Below, piece by piece: positions 34,240 to 45,261 of a DNA stretch of 64,000 nucleotides. Every line of letters starts with the position of its first letter. The stretch's first letter is position 1. Below the pieces are notes generated by a model. That model was not told the origin of the DNA. It did not search any database and saw only the letters and a list, made by a program, of their open reading frames with translations. Source of the stretch: an uncultured Gemmatimonadales bacterium. Its GTDB lineage: Bacteria > Gemmatimonadota > Gemmatimonadetes > Gemmatimonadales > Gemmatimonadaceae. The DNA lies in the NCBI GenBank assembly GCA_963702945.1, contig OY969773.1, forward strand, positions 591,073 through 655,072, in the 5' to 3' direction. Made by a program: the position numbers and the translations under genes.

Positions 34240-36036
34240 CTGTCTGACGCGCCTGCCTCCGAAGCCGGGTACGAACCCCTCGCCGCCGACGTCGGGGGTC
34301 GCCTGCTCGGGCGCTACCGCGTCGTCCGCTCGGTTGGCGTCGGCGGCTTTGCGCGCGTCTACCACGCCATCGACCCCGATCTCGAACTCGACGTCGCGGT
34401 CAAGGTGCTCCGCCCCGAGCTGACCTACGACGCCGAAGTCGTCGAGCGTTTCCGTCGCGAAGCGACCACCGCGGCCAAGCTCCGCCATCCCCACGTCATC
34501 ACCGTGCTCACGGTCGGCCGACTGACCGAGCCGTTCGACGGAATCCCGGTGGGCGCGCCGTACCTGGTCATGGACTACCTCCCGCATTCACTCGCGGACC
34601 GGGTCAGCGCGGGTGGAGCGTTGGCCGAGGCGGACGTCGCCCGGATCGGTGCCGAGGTCGCGCGCGGGCTCGCCTACGCGCACCGTCAGGGGATTGTCCA
34701 CCGCGACGTGAAGCCCGAAAACGTGCTCTTCGCGCGCGACGGGCGGGCGGTCGTCACGGACTTCGGCATCGCGCGCGCGCTCAGCGCCGCACCGTCCGGC
34801 CCGAGTCGCCAGGTGCTCCTCGGCACGCCCGCGTACTTCTCCCCGGAGCAGGCCCGCGGCCTCGCGCTCGACGGTCGCAGCGACCTGTACTCGTTAGGCG
34901 TGACGCTCTATCGCGCCGCGACCGGCGTCGTCCCATTCGGCGGCGAAGACTGGTACGTCGTCATGCGGCAGCACGTCGAAGAAACCGCGACGCCCCCGTC
35001 GAGCGTGAACGGCGAACTCGGCCCCGGCTTCGACAAAGTGCTCAGCCGAGCGCTCGCCAAGGATCCGGCCGCGCGGTACCCGACCGGTGACGCCCTCGCC
35101 GACGCGCTGGACGGGTTGCGAGGCGCCGCGAGCAACCGTTTGAACACGACGGAAATCCCGCGCGTCGCGGCGGCCGCTCCTGCGCGGCAGCCGACGCGAC
35201 GATGGCGGTGGATCGCCGCCGCGGCGGCTGGCGCCAGCATCGCCGTCGTCGGCGGTCGCGTGCTCGCCGTGCGCGGATCGGCGGAGCGCATGCCGGACGG
35301 CGCAGCGGTCGCGCAGACGGGATCCCGAGCGGCTGGAGGGGACAAGACAGCGCAAACGCCGGGTCCAAGCGGCACGCCGTCGCAGCCTAACCTCGTTGCG
35401 ACTGGAACCAGCAGCTCCGTCGCGCCACTCGATTCAGCGCGAATCCTGGCACCGCGGGACCCGGGGCGCGGGTCGACGACGGAGCGAGACGGGGCGGTGA
35501 CGCGCCCGGACCATGACCCTCGCTCGCCTGGACCGCGCGGGAGCGCCGTGGCGCGCCTCGCGGCCGCACGTGCGGCATCGTTCGGTGCGGTGGTCGTGAA
35601 CGCGCCCCCCGAGGCGGACGTCTACTTCGACGACGAGCTCGTCAGTCGTGGAACGTGGCGCAGCGGCCAACTTCCGATCGGGCGGCATACGGTCCGGGCG
35701 ACGGTGGGCGGACTTCCGGGATGCGCGTCGGCGGACACGACCGCCGACGTCGACATCGGCGCGAACGCCCGCCGAAACGTGACGCTCGAACCCGTCGCGT
35801 GTGGCCGTCTCGTGCTCGATTTCGTTGCGGCAACGGCGCCCCATTACCGCCTCGTGCCGTTGCGCGGCGGTCCGACGCGCGAGGGCGTACTCCCCATCGT
35901 CGCGCCGCTCGTGCTTCCGGACGGGATCTACCGTCTCACCGTCGAGGCGAGCGCGTGCGCGCCGTACGAGGATGCCCAGCTCCCCGTGGTCGCGGGCAAG
36001 ACACGGCGGGAAGCACGCACGCTCATCTGCCAGTAA
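34240..36036 (+). CDS. Hanks-type Ser/Thr protein kinase with TM segment and C-terminal PEGA-like beta domains (start probably CTG at 34240)
   Basis: GVGGFARVY Gly-loop and VAVK upstream of the called GTG; [29 protein letters not shown]. Confidence 0.92.
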   Translation: MSDAPASEAGYEPLAADVGGRLLGRYRVVRSVGVGGFARVYHAIDPDLELDVAVKVLRPELTYDAEVVERFRREATTAAKLRHPHVITVLTVGRLTEPFDGIPVGAPYLVMDYLPHSLADRVSAGGALAEADVARIGAEVARGLAYAHRQGIVHRDVKPENVLFARDGRAVVTDFGIARALSAAPSGPSRQVLLGTPAYFSPEQARGLALDGRSDLYSLGVTLYRAATGVVPFGGEDWYVVMRQHVEETATPPSSVNGELGPGFDKVLSRALAKDPAARYPTGDALADALDGLRGAASNRLNTTEIPRVAAAAPARQPTRRWRWIAAAAAGASIAVVGGRVLAVRGSAERMPDGAAVAQTGSRAAGGDKTAQTPGPSGTPSQPNLVATGTSSSVAPLDSARILAPRDPGRGSTTERDGAVTRPDHDPRSPGPRGSAVARLAAARAASFGAVVVNAPPEADVYFDDELVSRGTWRSGQLPIGRHTVRATVGGLPGCASADTTADVDIGANARRNVTLEPVACGRLVLDFVAATAPHYRLVPLRGGPTREGVLPIVAPLVLPDGIYRLTVEASACAPYEDAQLPVVAGKTRREARTLICQ

Positions 36037-36086
36037 TCCGCGGCGGTGGAGTGGTTCGGGGCAGCCATGGGGCCCCGAGTATCGCC

Positions 36087-36605
36087 TCAGTGCTTGAAGA
36101 CGAGGATCGCCGCCGCACCGGCCGCGACGCCTAAGAACAACCCGGTCCAGAACGCTTCCTGCTGTAGCGGCCCAGGCACAGGCTCGCGAATGAGCGCGAC
36201 GTGGGTGGCCGATACGCGGGTCGTCTGACCCGTCACGAGCGCGGTCGCGCTGTCGCCAAGACGGGAGAGGATACGAAAACGTGCGACGAGCGCGTCCCGC
36301 CGCGCCGGATCGACCGCGATGCCGATCGTGCCACGCCGGACCCAGCGGTCAGGGCCGATGAGGATGGTGAACGTCGTATCCTCGACCGAGACGACATCGA
36401 AGCGCCGTAGCTGTGGGTCCGGCGCGCTCGTCGCTGGGGTGACGGGCGGCTGGTCGGTGATCGGCGTCGAGCCTACTGGGACCTGCACCTGGGGCGGCTC
36501 ACCCGGAAGTGTCGGAAGCGGCGCGTCCACCGGATCGCGATGGTGGCAGGCGGAGACGACCAGCACAGCGGCCGCGACGCCGCGTCGCGTGCGCCCACGA
36601 ATCAC
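36087..36605 (-). CDS. Hypothetical lipoprotein with C-terminal TM helix
   Basis: GTG overlaps rseP stop; basic N-terminus plus VLVVSAC lipobox; C-terminal FWTGLFLGVAAGAAAILVF. Confidence 0.7.
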   Translation of the reverse strand: MIRGRTRRGVAAAVLVVSACHHRDPVDAPLPTLPGEPPQVQVPVGSTPITDQPPVTPATSAPDPQLRRFDVVSVEDTTFTILIGPDRWVRRGTIGIAVDPARRDALVARFRILSRLGDSATALVTGQTTRVSATHVALIREPVPGPLQQEAFWTGLFLGVAAGAAAILVFKH

Positions 36606-37822
36606 CGCAGCCAGTCTCCGATCAGCCGCGAGAGATCGTTCCACATCACGGTCACGAACAACAGCGCGACCGCTGCCAGCCCCACACGGAGGATCTGCTC
36701 GCGGACGCGACTGCTGAACGCGCTGCCCTTGGCTGCCTCGAGCAAATTGATGAGCACCTGACCGCCATCGAGCACGGGCACGGGCAGCAAGTTCAGCACG
36801 GCGATGTTGACGCTGAGGAATGCGACGAGGAGCAGGAGCGATTCGATTCCAGCCCGCGCCGCGGCAACGGAGGTGCGCGCGATCGCGATTGGCCCGCCGA
36901 GGTTCGACACCGGGACCTTGCCGCCGAAGAGCGCACGCAGAACGCTGACGACCGCCGTCGCATTCTGCCACGTCAGCGATCCACCTTCCTTTACTGCGGT
37001 CGCGAAATCGATTGGCTCACGAAGGAGCGTCGGGCGCACGTAGGCGCCGATCTGCGCGACCGTGCGGGGCGCGCCGGTCGCGGGGTCGGGCGCTTGGGCG
37101 ACGACCGGCGTGAGACGGATCTGCACCATCCCGGTACTCCGGTGCACGTCGAGCAGGACCGACGTCGGCGGCAGCGGACTGACCCGCGCGACGAGCTCTG
37201 ACCAGGTGCGGATCGGGCGCCCATCGACCGCCGTCACGCTGTCACCCGCGCGTAGCCCGGCGAGCGCGGCCGGGCGTCCGGCAACGACCGAGTCGACGAC
37301 GGGCGCGACGAACGGACGACCGCGGATCGCGAAATTCCCGACGTACACGGTGAACGCAAGCGCGATGTTCATCGTGACGCCGGCCAGCAGGATGAACAGG
37401 CGGGCGGGAAGCGACTTCGACTCGAACCAGCGGTGCTCGGGCACGGGACGCGGTCCGAACGGCGCGAGCGCGTTCGGGTCCCAATCGCGCCCCCGGTGCG
37501 GATCGCCTGTGTGATCGTCCGCCGCTCGGCCCGCGGCATTCCCACCCGTGGTCGGCACCGTCCCCGCTGGGTGTTCGGCGCCACCTTCGAGGAACGCGAC
37601 CGCCTCGTCCTCGCGCGACGCCATGCGCACGTACCCCCCGAGCGGAAGCGCGGCGAGCACGTACTCGGTCTCGCCGAATCGCTTCTTCAGCAGCGCGGGT
37701 CCAAAGCCGATCGAAAATCGCGGCGCGTAGACGCCGGTCAGCTTGGCCGCAAGGAAGTGCCCGAGTTCGTGGACGAACACCACGAGGCCGAAGACGAGCA
37801 GTGGCGCGAGAAAGGCGAGCAT
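36602..37822 (-). CDS. rseP: Site-2 intramembrane metalloprotease with PDZ domain
   Basis: HELGH, FSIGFG, PLGGYVRM, NLLPVPVLDGG. Confidence 0.95.
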   Translation of the reverse strand: MLAFLAPLLVFGLVVFVHELGHFLAAKLTGVYAPRFSIGFGPALLKKRFGETEYVLAALPLGGYVRMASREDEAVAFLEGGAEHPAGTVPTTGGNAAGRAADDHTGDPHRGRDWDPNALAPFGPRPVPEHRWFESKSLPARLFILLAGVTMNIALAFTVYVGNFAIRGRPFVAPVVDSVVAGRPAALAGLRAGDSVTAVDGRPIRTWSELVARVSPLPPTSVLLDVHRSTGMVQIRLTPVVAQAPDPATGAPRTVAQIGAYVRPTLLREPIDFATAVKEGGSLTWQNATAVVSVLRALFGGKVPVSNLGGPIAIARTSVAAARAGIESLLLLVAFLSVNIAVLNLLPVPVLDGGQVLINLLEAAKGSAFSSRVREQILRVGLAAVALLFVTVMWNDLSRLIGDWLR

Positions 37823-37877
37823 GTATGGGCGAAGGAGCGTCGGTCGGGCGAGAGATGGCGCCGACCACGTCGCGCGG

Positions 37878-39032
37878 TCAACGCGCGATGCGGTCGCGAA
37901 CGTGCCGCCGCGCGCGCGCGTCGACATCGCGGAGCGCGTCGAGCGTATCGCCCGGGAGCGCTCCGAGGTCGTCCAGCGCGCGGCCGACGGCAATGGGGAT
38001 CGCGCCGAAGGCGATCCGCCCTTCGAGGAACCCCGCGACGGCGGCTTCGTTCGCGGCGTTGTACACGGCCGGCGCTGCGCGTCCCGCTCGCCCGGCCGCG
38101 ATCCCGAGCTCGAGCATCGGGAAAGCGTCGGTCCGCACGGGCTCGAAATCGAGCCGACCGTGCGCGATCGGGTCGAAGGGCGGAAGCGCGCGGTCCGGTG
38201 CCCGATCGGGGTGCGTCAGCGCGTAGAGGATCGGCACCTCCATGCTTGGTGCGCCGAGCTGCGCCAGCACCGACCCGTCGACGAACTCGACCATCGAGTG
38301 CACGACGCTCTGCGGATGCACGACCACCTCGATCTGGTCGTACGCGACGCCGAACAGCTCGTGCGCCTCGATCACTTCGAGCGCCTTGTTCGCGAGCGTC
38401 GCGCTATCGACCGTGATCTTGCGGCCCATCGTCCACGTCGGATGCTGCAACGCGTCGGCGATCGTCGCGCCCTCGAGTCGTTCGGCGTTCCACGTCCGGA
38501 ACGGCCCGCCGGAGGCGGTGATGATGAGGCGGCGAACGGCCTGGCCGGGGCGCCCGGCGATGCACTGCAAGATCGCCGAGTGTTCGCTGTCGACGGGAAC
38601 GAGTTCGCCGCCACCAACGCGCGCCGCTTCTCGCACGAGTGGTCCGGCCATGACGAGCGTTTCCTTGTTGGCCAGTGCGACGCGCCGGCCCGCGTGCAGT
38701 GCGGCGAGCGTCGCGTCCAGCCCGGCCGCACCGACGACGGCGTTGACGACCACGTCGACATCGGGCAGCGTCGCGGCGTGCTGCAGCACGTCGTCCCCGG
38801 CATGCCACCCCGCACCGATCGCCGCGCCGGATGTGAGGCCGACGTACGCCGGCGAGAACTCGCCCGCCTGATTGGCGAGGAGTTCCGCGTTGTGATGCGC
38901 CGTGATCGCGCGCAACGCGAATCGGTCAGCGTGCCGCGCCAACACGCGAAGCGTCGCCGTGCCGATTGAACCCGTGCTGCCGAGCACCGCCACGCCACGA
39001 CGCGGCGTGCCTAACGTTTCGGTCGTGCTCAC
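37878..39032 (-). CDS. dxr: 1-deoxy-D-xylulose 5-phosphate reductoisomerase
   Basis: LGSTGSIG, LANKE, PVDSEHSA, TASGGPF, HPTW.MG.KITVDSAT. Confidence 0.97.
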   Translation of the reverse strand: MSTTETLGTPRRGVAVLGSTGSIGTATLRVLARHADRFALRAITAHHNAELLANQAGEFSPAYVGLTSGAAIGAGWHAGDDVLQHAATLPDVDVVVNAVVGAAGLDATLAALHAGRRVALANKETLVMAGPLVREAARVGGGELVPVDSEHSAILQCIAGRPGQAVRRLIITASGGPFRTWNAERLEGATIADALQHPTWTMGRKITVDSATLANKALEVIEAHELFGVAYDQIEVVVHPQSVVHSMVEFVDGSVLAQLGAPSMEVPILYALTHPDRAPDRALPPFDPIAHGRLDFEPVRTDAFPMLELGIAAGRAGRAAPAVYNAANEAAVAGFLEGRIAFGAIPIAVGRALDDLGALPGDTLDALRDVDARARRHVRDRIAR

Positions 39033-39892
39033 CCGCCGAATGCCGGGAGCAGCAGCCAGCCGAGCAGGAGGTAGCTCGCGGGCAGGACGAACAGCAACGA
39101 GTCGACGCGGTCGAGCACCCCGCCGTGGCCGGGAATCAGATGCGACGAATCCTTCACTCCGGCGTCGCGTTTGAGCAGCGATTCGACGAGGTCGCCGACC
39201 TGCGCCGCGACCGATACGAGCAGCCCGAAGAACAGCGCGCGCCCGGGTGCGAAGCCGAGCTTGGCGAGGGGTCGCAGCACGTACGGCGCGTAAACCGCTG
39301 CGAGCGTTCCCGAGGCGACAAGCGCCCCGATGCTCCCGGAGATCGTCTTCCCGGGGCTGACCGTCGGGATCAACTTCGGGCCGCCGATCGTGCGGCCGGC
39401 CGCGTACGCACCGATGTCGCTCGCCCATGTGCAGAGGACGGGGAGCATGACGAGCGCGGTACCCGCAGCACGCTCGACGACGTAATCGTACGTGCGGAGG
39501 CCGTACGCATAGCCGAGCGGGACGGCGACGTAGAGTACACCCAGCACCGTCGTCGCGACGGACGCCAGCGGCTTCCCCTCGACACCGCGCCGCCAGACGG
39601 CGAGCGCGAGCAACGCGAGGACCGCGAGCACCGCCACGGTCAGCGGCGGAGCGCCGAGCCCGCGCGCATGCGCATGGACGCCTAACGGGATGAGCGCCGC
39701 GAGCACGATGCCCGTCCGGGAGAACGCGCGCGCACCGCTCGCGAGGTCGGCCATCCGGTAGAACTCCCACGCGCCGACGGCCGCCGCCGCGGCGAGCAGC
39801 GTCGCGAGTGGCGCGTCGCCGAACCACACGCAGGCGAGTGTGACCGGAGCCGCGACGAGCGCCGACGCGACGCGACGCGCGAGTTCGCTCAC
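39029..39892 (-). CDS. cdsA: Phosphatidate cytidylyltransferase
   Basis: SDIGAY, SPGKT, GDLVESLLKR.AGVKDS..IPGHGGVLDRVDS. Confidence 0.96.
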   Translation of the reverse strand: MSELARRVASALVAAPVTLACVWFGDAPLATLLAAAAAVGAWEFYRMADLASGARAFSRTGIVLAALIPLGVHAHARGLGAPPLTVAVLAVLALLALAVWRRGVEGKPLASVATTVLGVLYVAVPLGYAYGLRTYDYVVERAAGTALVMLPVLCTWASDIGAYAAGRTIGGPKLIPTVSPGKTISGSIGALVASGTLAAVYAPYVLRPLAKLGFAPGRALFFGLLVSVAAQVGDLVESLLKRDAGVKDSSHLIPGHGGVLDRVDSLLFVLPASYLLLGWLLLPAFGG

Positions 39893-39917
39893 GCGCCCTT
39901 ACTCCGCACGACGACCC

Positions 39918-40673
39918 TCACGCGGAGACGCGCCCGAACCGCCGCTCGCGCGATTGATACGCGGTGATCGCCTCGAACAGCTCACGCCGCCCGAAATCCG
40001 GCCAGAGCACGGGCGAGATGAACAGCTCCGTGTAGGCGATCTGCCACAGCAGGAAGTTCGAGATCCGCTGCTCGCCCGAGGTCCGAATCAGCAGGTCCGG
40101 GTCGGGGATGCCCGCCGTGTAGAGCCGCTCGGCCACGTGCTCCTCGCGCAGATCCTCGGGGCGCAGACGCCCAGCGGCCGCTTCCGCGGCGATGTTGCGC
40201 ACCGCCGCGAGCAGCTCTGCACGGGACCCGTAGGAGATGAACAGGTTGAGCACGAGCCGGTCGTTGTGCGCCGTTTCGGCCACCACGTGCTCGACGGCGC
40301 GCGCCGGCGCACCCGTGAGGCGCGAGAGATCGCCCAGCACGCGCACACGCACGCCGCGTTCGCGCAGCTCGTCGACCTCGCGCGCGATGTACTCCTCCAG
40401 CAACGACATGAGCGCGCCGACCTCGGGCGCGGGACGCTGCCAGTTCTCCTGCGAGAACGCGTAGAGCGAGAGGTACTCGACCCCCGCCTCCAACGCCCCA
40501 CTCACGACCGCTCGCACCGATTTCATCCCCGAGCGGTGGCCGAGGGGGCGCGGAAGCAATCGCTGTCGCGCCCACCGTCCGTTGCCGTCCATGATCACCG
40601 CGACATGACGCGGCACGTCGCCACTCGCGCGCACGCGCGCGAGCAGTTCGTCGGCGGTCAGGTCAGCGGTCAC
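39918..40673 (-). CDS. uppS: Undecaprenyl diphosphate synthase
   Basis: HVAVIMDGNGRWA, FSQENW.R, IRTSGEQRISNFLLWQ, RERRFG. Confidence 0.97.
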   Translation of the reverse strand: MTADLTADELLARVRASGDVPRHVAVIMDGNGRWARQRLLPRPLGHRSGMKSVRAVVSGALEAGVEYLSLYAFSQENWQRPAPEVGALMSLLEEYIAREVDELRERGVRVRVLGDLSRLTGAPARAVEHVVAETAHNDRLVLNLFISYGSRAELLAAVRNIAAEAAAGRLRPEDLREEHVAERLYTAGIPDPDLLIRTSGEQRISNFLLWQIAYTELFISPVLWPDFGRRELFEAITAYQSRERRFGRVSA

Positions 40674-40693
40674 GGAGGCTCGGACGGCTCCGA

Positions 40694-41248
40694 TCAGACG
40701 GCCAGGATCTCGGCTTCCTTCGTCTTCAGAAGGGCCTCGACCTTGGCGATGTGATCGTCCGTGAGCTTCTGCAACTCCTTTTCGGCGCGCGACTTCTCGT
40801 CGTCCGACACGCCTTCCAGCTTCTTCAGCCGGTCACGCGCTTCGGTCCGCGCATGGCGCACCGCGACGCGACCGTCCTCGGCGTACTTGTGCGCGACTTT
40901 CACGAGCTCCTTGCGGCGCTGCTCGTTGAGTTGCGGGAGCGGGACGCGGATCACGCCACTCATGTTCGACGGCTCGAGTCCGAGATCGCTATCGCGAATC
41001 GCCTTCTCGATCGCCTTCGCCTGCCCGCGGTCGAACGGCGTGACGAGCAGAAGCCGCGGCTCCGGCGCGCTCACCGACGCGACCTGGTTGAGCGGCAACT
41101 CCGACCCGTACGCGTCGACACGCACCGCGTCGAGCATGTTCGCGCTTGCCTTTCCGGCGCGCACGGTAGCGAACTCGCGCTTCGCCGAGTCGACGCCCTT
41201 CTCCATCGACGTGCGGCCCTGCTGGATGATGTCCTTGATCGTCGCCAT
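40694..41248 (-). CDS. frr: Ribosome recycling factor
   Basis: VRAGKAS, YG..LPLNQVA, EQRRKELVK, RVAVRHAR. Confidence 0.96.
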   Translation of the reverse strand: MATIKDIIQQGRTSMEKGVDSAKREFATVRAGKASANMLDAVRVDAYGSELPLNQVASVSAPEPRLLLVTPFDRGQAKAIEKAIRDSDLGLEPSNMSGVIRVPLPQLNEQRRKELVKVAHKYAEDGRVAVRHARTEARDRLKKLEGVSDDEKSRAEKELQKLTDDHIAKVEALLKTKEAEILAV

Positions 41249-41269
41249 AGTGGTCCGCTTACGAGATGT

Positions 41270-42013
41270 TCAGCTCACGAGGGTTCCGACCTTCTCGCCA
41301 CGCACCGCGCGAAGCGCCGCGCCGGCGTCGTGGATGTTGAGCACGATCAGCGGCAGGTTGTTCTCCCGGCAGAGCGTCACGGCCGTCTGGTCCATCACGC
41401 GCAGGTCGCCGAGCATGACGTCACGGTAGCTGATCGTGTCGTAGCGCGTCGCGGTCGGGTCGAGCTTCGGGTCGGCGGAGTACACGCCGTCCACGCTCGT
41501 CGCCTTGACGATCACGTCCGCCTTGATCTGGATCGCGCGGAGCACCGCCGCCGTGTCGGTCGAGAAATACGGATTGCCGGTGCCGGCCGCGAAGATCACG
41601 ATGCGACCCTGGTCGAAATGCCGCATCGCGCGCCGGCGGATGAACGGCTCGGCGAGTTCCTCCATGCGGATCGCCGTCATCACGCGCGTGTCGAGCCCGC
41701 GCTTTTCCAGCGCATCCTGCAGCGCGAGCGCGTTGATGACCGTGCCCAACATCCCCATGTAGTCCGCGCCGACGCGTTCCATCCCGAGACTCGCGAGCTG
41801 CGCCCCGCGCACGATGTTGCCGCCGCCGATCACGAGCCCGAGCGACGTTCCCGCGCGCGCAACGTCGACGATCTGATCGGCGAAGAACTTGAGCCGTTCG
41901 AAATCGAAGCCGAAGCCACGCTCACCCGCGAGCGCCTCCCCGGACAGTTTCAGGAGGACTCGCGGGTAGCGTAGCGCCGATCCCGACGGAACGACTGGGC
42001 CAGCGTCGCTCAC
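41270..42013 (-). CDS. pyrH: Uridylate kinase
   Basis: [36 protein letters not shown]. Confidence 0.97.
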   Translation of the reverse strand: MSDAGPVVPSGSALRYPRVLLKLSGEALAGERGFGFDFERLKFFADQIVDVARAGTSLGLVIGGGNIVRGAQLASLGMERVGADYMGMLGTVINALALQDALEKRGLDTRVMTAIRMEELAEPFIRRRAMRHFDQGRIVIFAAGTGNPYFSTDTAAVLRAIQIKADVIVKATSVDGVYSADPKLDPTATRYDTISYRDVMLGDLRVMDQTAVTLCRENNLPLIVLNIHDAGAALRAVRGEKVGTLVS

Positions 42014-42020
42014 GCGACGC

Positions 42021-42899
42021 TCACTCCTGGCCGAGCTGGAAGCGCGTGAAGCGCTTGACCGTGATGGGCGCGCCGACCTGCTTCGCTGCCTGATCGACGA
42101 CCTGCTGGATCGTCGTCTTCGGCTCGCGGATCCAGGCCTGGTGCAGCAGCGCGACGTCCTTGTAGTACGCCTCGACCTTGCCGTTGACGATCTTGTCGAT
42201 CATCGCTTCGGGCTTGCCGCTCGCGCGCACCTGGTCGACGAAGATCGCGCGCTCGCGCTCGACCACGTCGGCGGGCACGGTGTCGCGGTCGACGCCGACC
42301 GGTGCCGCGGCCGCGACGTGCTCGGCGAGCGTCCGCGCGAGCGTCGTCAGCGCCTCGTCCTTCGAGCCATTCGCGGCGGACACTTCGAGAAGCACGCCGA
42401 TCTTGCCGTTGAAGTGGACGTACGAACCGATCACACCGTTAGGCGCGTCGTAGCGCGCGACGCGGCGCACCACCACCGCCTCCCCCATCTTGGCCGACGA
42501 CTCCTTCACGTACTCCTCGACCGTCTGACCGCCGGTGAGCGACGTCGAGAGGAGCGCAGCGGCATCGCTGGCCGATGCGGTGGCGAGCGCCTGGTCCGCG
42601 ACCGTCTTCGCGATCGTCTGGAAGTCCTCGTTCCGCGCGACGAAGTCGGTCTCGCAGTTGATCTCGACCAGCACGCCGGTCGACGCGTCGGGCGCGATCT
42701 CGGCGCGTACGAGGCCCTCGCTCGTGCTCTTCCCGGCGCGCTTCTCGGCCTTCGCGATGCCCTTCTTGCGCAGGTAGTCGATCGACGCGTCCATGTTCCC
42801 CTGGTTCTCTTCCAGGGCCTTCTTGCAATCCATCATGCCGGCGCCAGTGCGCTGACGCAGCTCCTGGACGTCCTTCGCGGTGAAGGTGGCAGTGCTCAT
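42021..42899 (-). CDS. tsf: Elongation factor Ts
   Basis: [29 protein letters not shown]...DKIV.GK. Confidence 0.98.
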   Translation of the reverse strand: MSTATFTAKDVQELRQRTGAGMMDCKKALEENQGNMDASIDYLRKKGIAKAEKRAGKSTSEGLVRAEIAPDASTGVLVEINCETDFVARNEDFQTIAKTVADQALATASASDAAALLSTSLTGGQTVEEYVKESSAKMGEAVVVRRVARYDAPNGVIGSYVHFNGKIGVLLEVSAANGSKDEALTTLARTLAEHVAAAAPVGVDRDTVPADVVERERAIFVDQVRASGKPEAMIDKIVNGKVEAYYKDVALLHQAWIREPKTTIQQVVDQAAKQVGAPITVKRFTRFQLGQE

Positions 42900-42944
42900 G
42901 ACGTGTATCTCCGAACGCGTCGCGTGGGACGCGGGGCTGTCGTG

Positions 42945-42972
42945 GAAACGCCGCCGGCACGGGCCGGCGGCG
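42945..42972 (-). terminator. Hairpin between rpsB and tsf (weak terminator/attenuator)
   Basis: CGCCGCCGGC-4 nt-GCCGGCGGCG followed by TTTC on the minus strand. Confidence 0.45.
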
Positions 42973-43028
42973 CATCGAATCTAGCGGGCAGAAACGGGGA
43001 CCGTTTCGGGGACCGGCGCGGTGCGCGC

Positions 43029-44120
43029 TCAGCCCTCGCCGGTGTTCGTGCTATCGCGAACGGGCGCCTCGCCAGCATCGCCGGCGTTGCTGCCGGCGTC
43101 GCTACCCCCCTCCGGGGCGTCTCCGCCCTCGCCCGGCGCGCCGGGACGGCGAGCCGCCGCGATCGCGTCCGGACGGGCGCGGCGACGACGCGGCCGGCGC
43201 GTACGGTCACCACCCTCGCCACCGCCGCCAGGCGCTCCACCCTGCCCACCGCCGCCCGGCGCACCACCGCCACGCGGGCCACGGTCGCCGCCGCCGCGAT
43301 CCCCACGATCGGCGCGCTCGCTGCCACGGTCGGACGAATACGTGTACGTGTCGGCGTTCGCGTCACCTTCCTGCCGCTGCGGCGCCTCGCGGCGCGCCTC
43401 GACGATCGTGTCGGCGATCGTGTGCGCGATCAGCTCCACCGAACGGATCGCGTCGTCGTTGCCGGCGATCGGCACGGTGATGAGATCCGGGTCCGCGTTC
43501 GTATCGACGATCGCGACGACCGGAATGCCCAGCTTGCGGGCTTCCTCGACGGCGATGTGCTCCTTCTTGGAGTCGACGACGAAGAGCAGGCCGGGGAGGC
43601 GGCCCATGTTCTTGATGCCCGACAGGTTCTTCGCGAGCTTGTCGCGCTCGCGAGACATCATGAGCTGCTCCTTCTTCGTGTAGTTCCCGAAGTCGCCGCC
43701 CTCTTCCGAGCCTGCCTCGAGGTCCTTGAGCTTCTTGATCTGCTTCTTGGCCGTCGAGAAGTTGGTCAGCAGACCGCCGAGCCACCGCTCGGTGATGAAG
43801 TACGAGCCGGCACGCTCGGCCTCACCCTGCACGATCGCGGCGAGCTGACGCTTGGTGCAGACGAAGAGGACCTGCTCGCCGCGCGCGACGGTCTCGCGCA
43901 CGAGCTGACGCGCGAGGTCGAGCTGACGTAGCGTCTTCTGCAGGTCGATGATGTGGATCCCGTTGCGCTCCGCGAAGATGAAGCGGCGCATCTTGGGATT
44001 CCACCGGCGCGTCTGGTGTCCGAAGTGGACGCCAGCGGCGAGGAGCTGGTCGAGCATCCGGGGCGCCTGCGGGTTGCCCTCGGGCTGCTGCTGCTGATCG
44101 GGTGTGACGGTCGTAGCCAT
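43029..44120 (-). CDS. rpsB: 30S ribosomal protein S2 with long Gly/Arg-rich C-tail
   Basis: [41 protein letters not shown]. Confidence 0.98.
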   Translation of the reverse strand: MATTVTPDQQQQPEGNPQAPRMLDQLLAAGVHFGHQTRRWNPKMRRFIFAERNGIHIIDLQKTLRQLDLARQLVRETVARGEQVLFVCTKRQLAAIVQGEAERAGSYFITERWLGGLLTNFSTAKKQIKKLKDLEAGSEEGGDFGNYTKKEQLMMSRERDKLAKNLSGIKNMGRLPGLLFVVDSKKEHIAVEEARKLGIPVVAIVDTNADPDLITVPIAGNDDAIRSVELIAHTIADTIVEARREAPQRQEGDANADTYTYSSDRGSERADRGDRGGGDRGPRGGGAPGGGGQGGAPGGGGEGGDRTRRPRRRRARPDAIAAARRPGAPGEGGDAPEGGSDAGSNAGDAGEAPVRDSTNTGEG

Positions 44121-44242
44121 GTGAGGAGCCTAACGTGGGTTGGTCGTCCGCCCCCGTCGCGGCGCCGCGCGACCCGTCCGACTGGAGCTGTCCAGTGACG
44201 GGCACCCGCGCGGCGCTCGGGGAGCGTGCGAGATGCGAACGG

Positions 44243-44635
44243 TTAGCGCTTCGAGAACTGGAAGCGCTTACGAGCCTTCGGACGGCCCGGCTTCTTGCGC
44301 TCGACGGCGCGGGCATCGCGCGTGAGCAGCCCGAGCTCGCGGAGCTTGGGGCGCTGACCCTCGTCGACCATGACGAGCGCGCGGGCAATCGCGAGGCGCA
44401 GCGCGCCCGCCTGCCCGGCCTGGCCGCCGCCATCAAGATTGGCCTTGATGTCGTACTTGCCGAGGTTGTCGGTCGCGACGAAGGGCAGCTGAATGGAACT
44501 GACGAGCACCGGACGCGGGAAGTAGTCGCCGAGCTGACGCCCGTTGATCTCCCACTTGCCCGAGCCCGGGGTCATGTAGACGCGGCACACCGCTTCCTTT
44601 CGGCGGCCGATCGCGTGCGTGGTTCCCTCGGCCAT
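44243..44635 (-). CDS. rpsI: 30S ribosomal protein S9
   Basis: GRRKEA, GGGQAGQAGA, TRDAR.VERKK, QFSKR. Confidence 0.98.
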   Translation of the reverse strand: MAEGTTHAIGRRKEAVCRVYMTPGSGKWEINGRQLGDYFPRPVLVSSIQLPFVATDNLGKYDIKANLDGGGQAGQAGALRLAIARALVMVDEGQRPKLRELGLLTRDARAVERKKPGRPKARKRFQFSKR

Positions 44636-44636
44636 C

Positions 44637-45098
44637 TTACTTCGCCCCCTGCGCGGTCAGGTTGTCGAACGTCAGCGCCGTCGCCTGCTGGGCGGCGTGC
44701 GGATGCTCCGCGCCCGGGTAGACGCGCAGCTTGCGGCGGATCTCCTGCTTGGCGAGCGACGACTTCGGCAGCATCCCGTACACGGCCTTCTCGATGACGC
44801 GCTCGGGGTGCTTGGCGATCATGGTCGCGAACGGAATCTGCCGGTCGTGGCCCATGTAGCCGGTATGCTTGAAGTACGACTTCTGCTCCGCCTTGCGGCC
44901 GGTGACGCGAACCTTGCTCGCGTTGAGCACGATGACGAAATCGCCGGTGTCCATGTGCGGCGTGAACATAGGCTTGTGCTTGCCACGAAGGATCTTGGCG
45001 ACCTCCGAGGCGAGACGGCCGAGGACCATGCCCTCGGCGTCCACGACGTACCAGCGCGGCTCGATGTCCGCCGGCGTCGCGGTGTAGGTGGAACGCAT
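44637..45098 (-). CDS. rplM: 50S ribosomal protein L13
   Basis: WYVVDA, LGRLAS, GKHKP.FTPH.DTGD, GMLPK, HPHAAQ. Confidence 0.98.
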   Translation of the reverse strand: MRSTYTATPADIEPRWYVVDAEGMVLGRLASEVAKILRGKHKPMFTPHMDTGDFVIVLNASKVRVTGRKAEQKSYFKHTGYMGHDRQIPFATMIAKHPERVIEKAVYGMLPKSSLAKQEIRRKLRVYPGAEHPHAAQQATALTFDNLTAQGAK

Positions 45099-45200
45099 GT
45101 GCTGTCCAAACTGGGACGACGGCGCCTCACCGGTGCGTCACGCAACCCGGGTCTCGGCCGCCCTCTGGTCCGTGCAGAGGGTGTTTTCGCGCAGTCACGG

Positions 45201-45229
45201 ACGATAGCGGCGACGTAAGTCGTTGTCAA
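45201..45229 (-). promoter_or_regulatory. Sigma70-type promoter of the rplM operon
   Basis: TTGACA-17 bp-TATCGT. Confidence 0.75.
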
Positions 45230-45261
45230 TGAATGGGTAGCGCGGCTCGGGCCGTCGCGCG

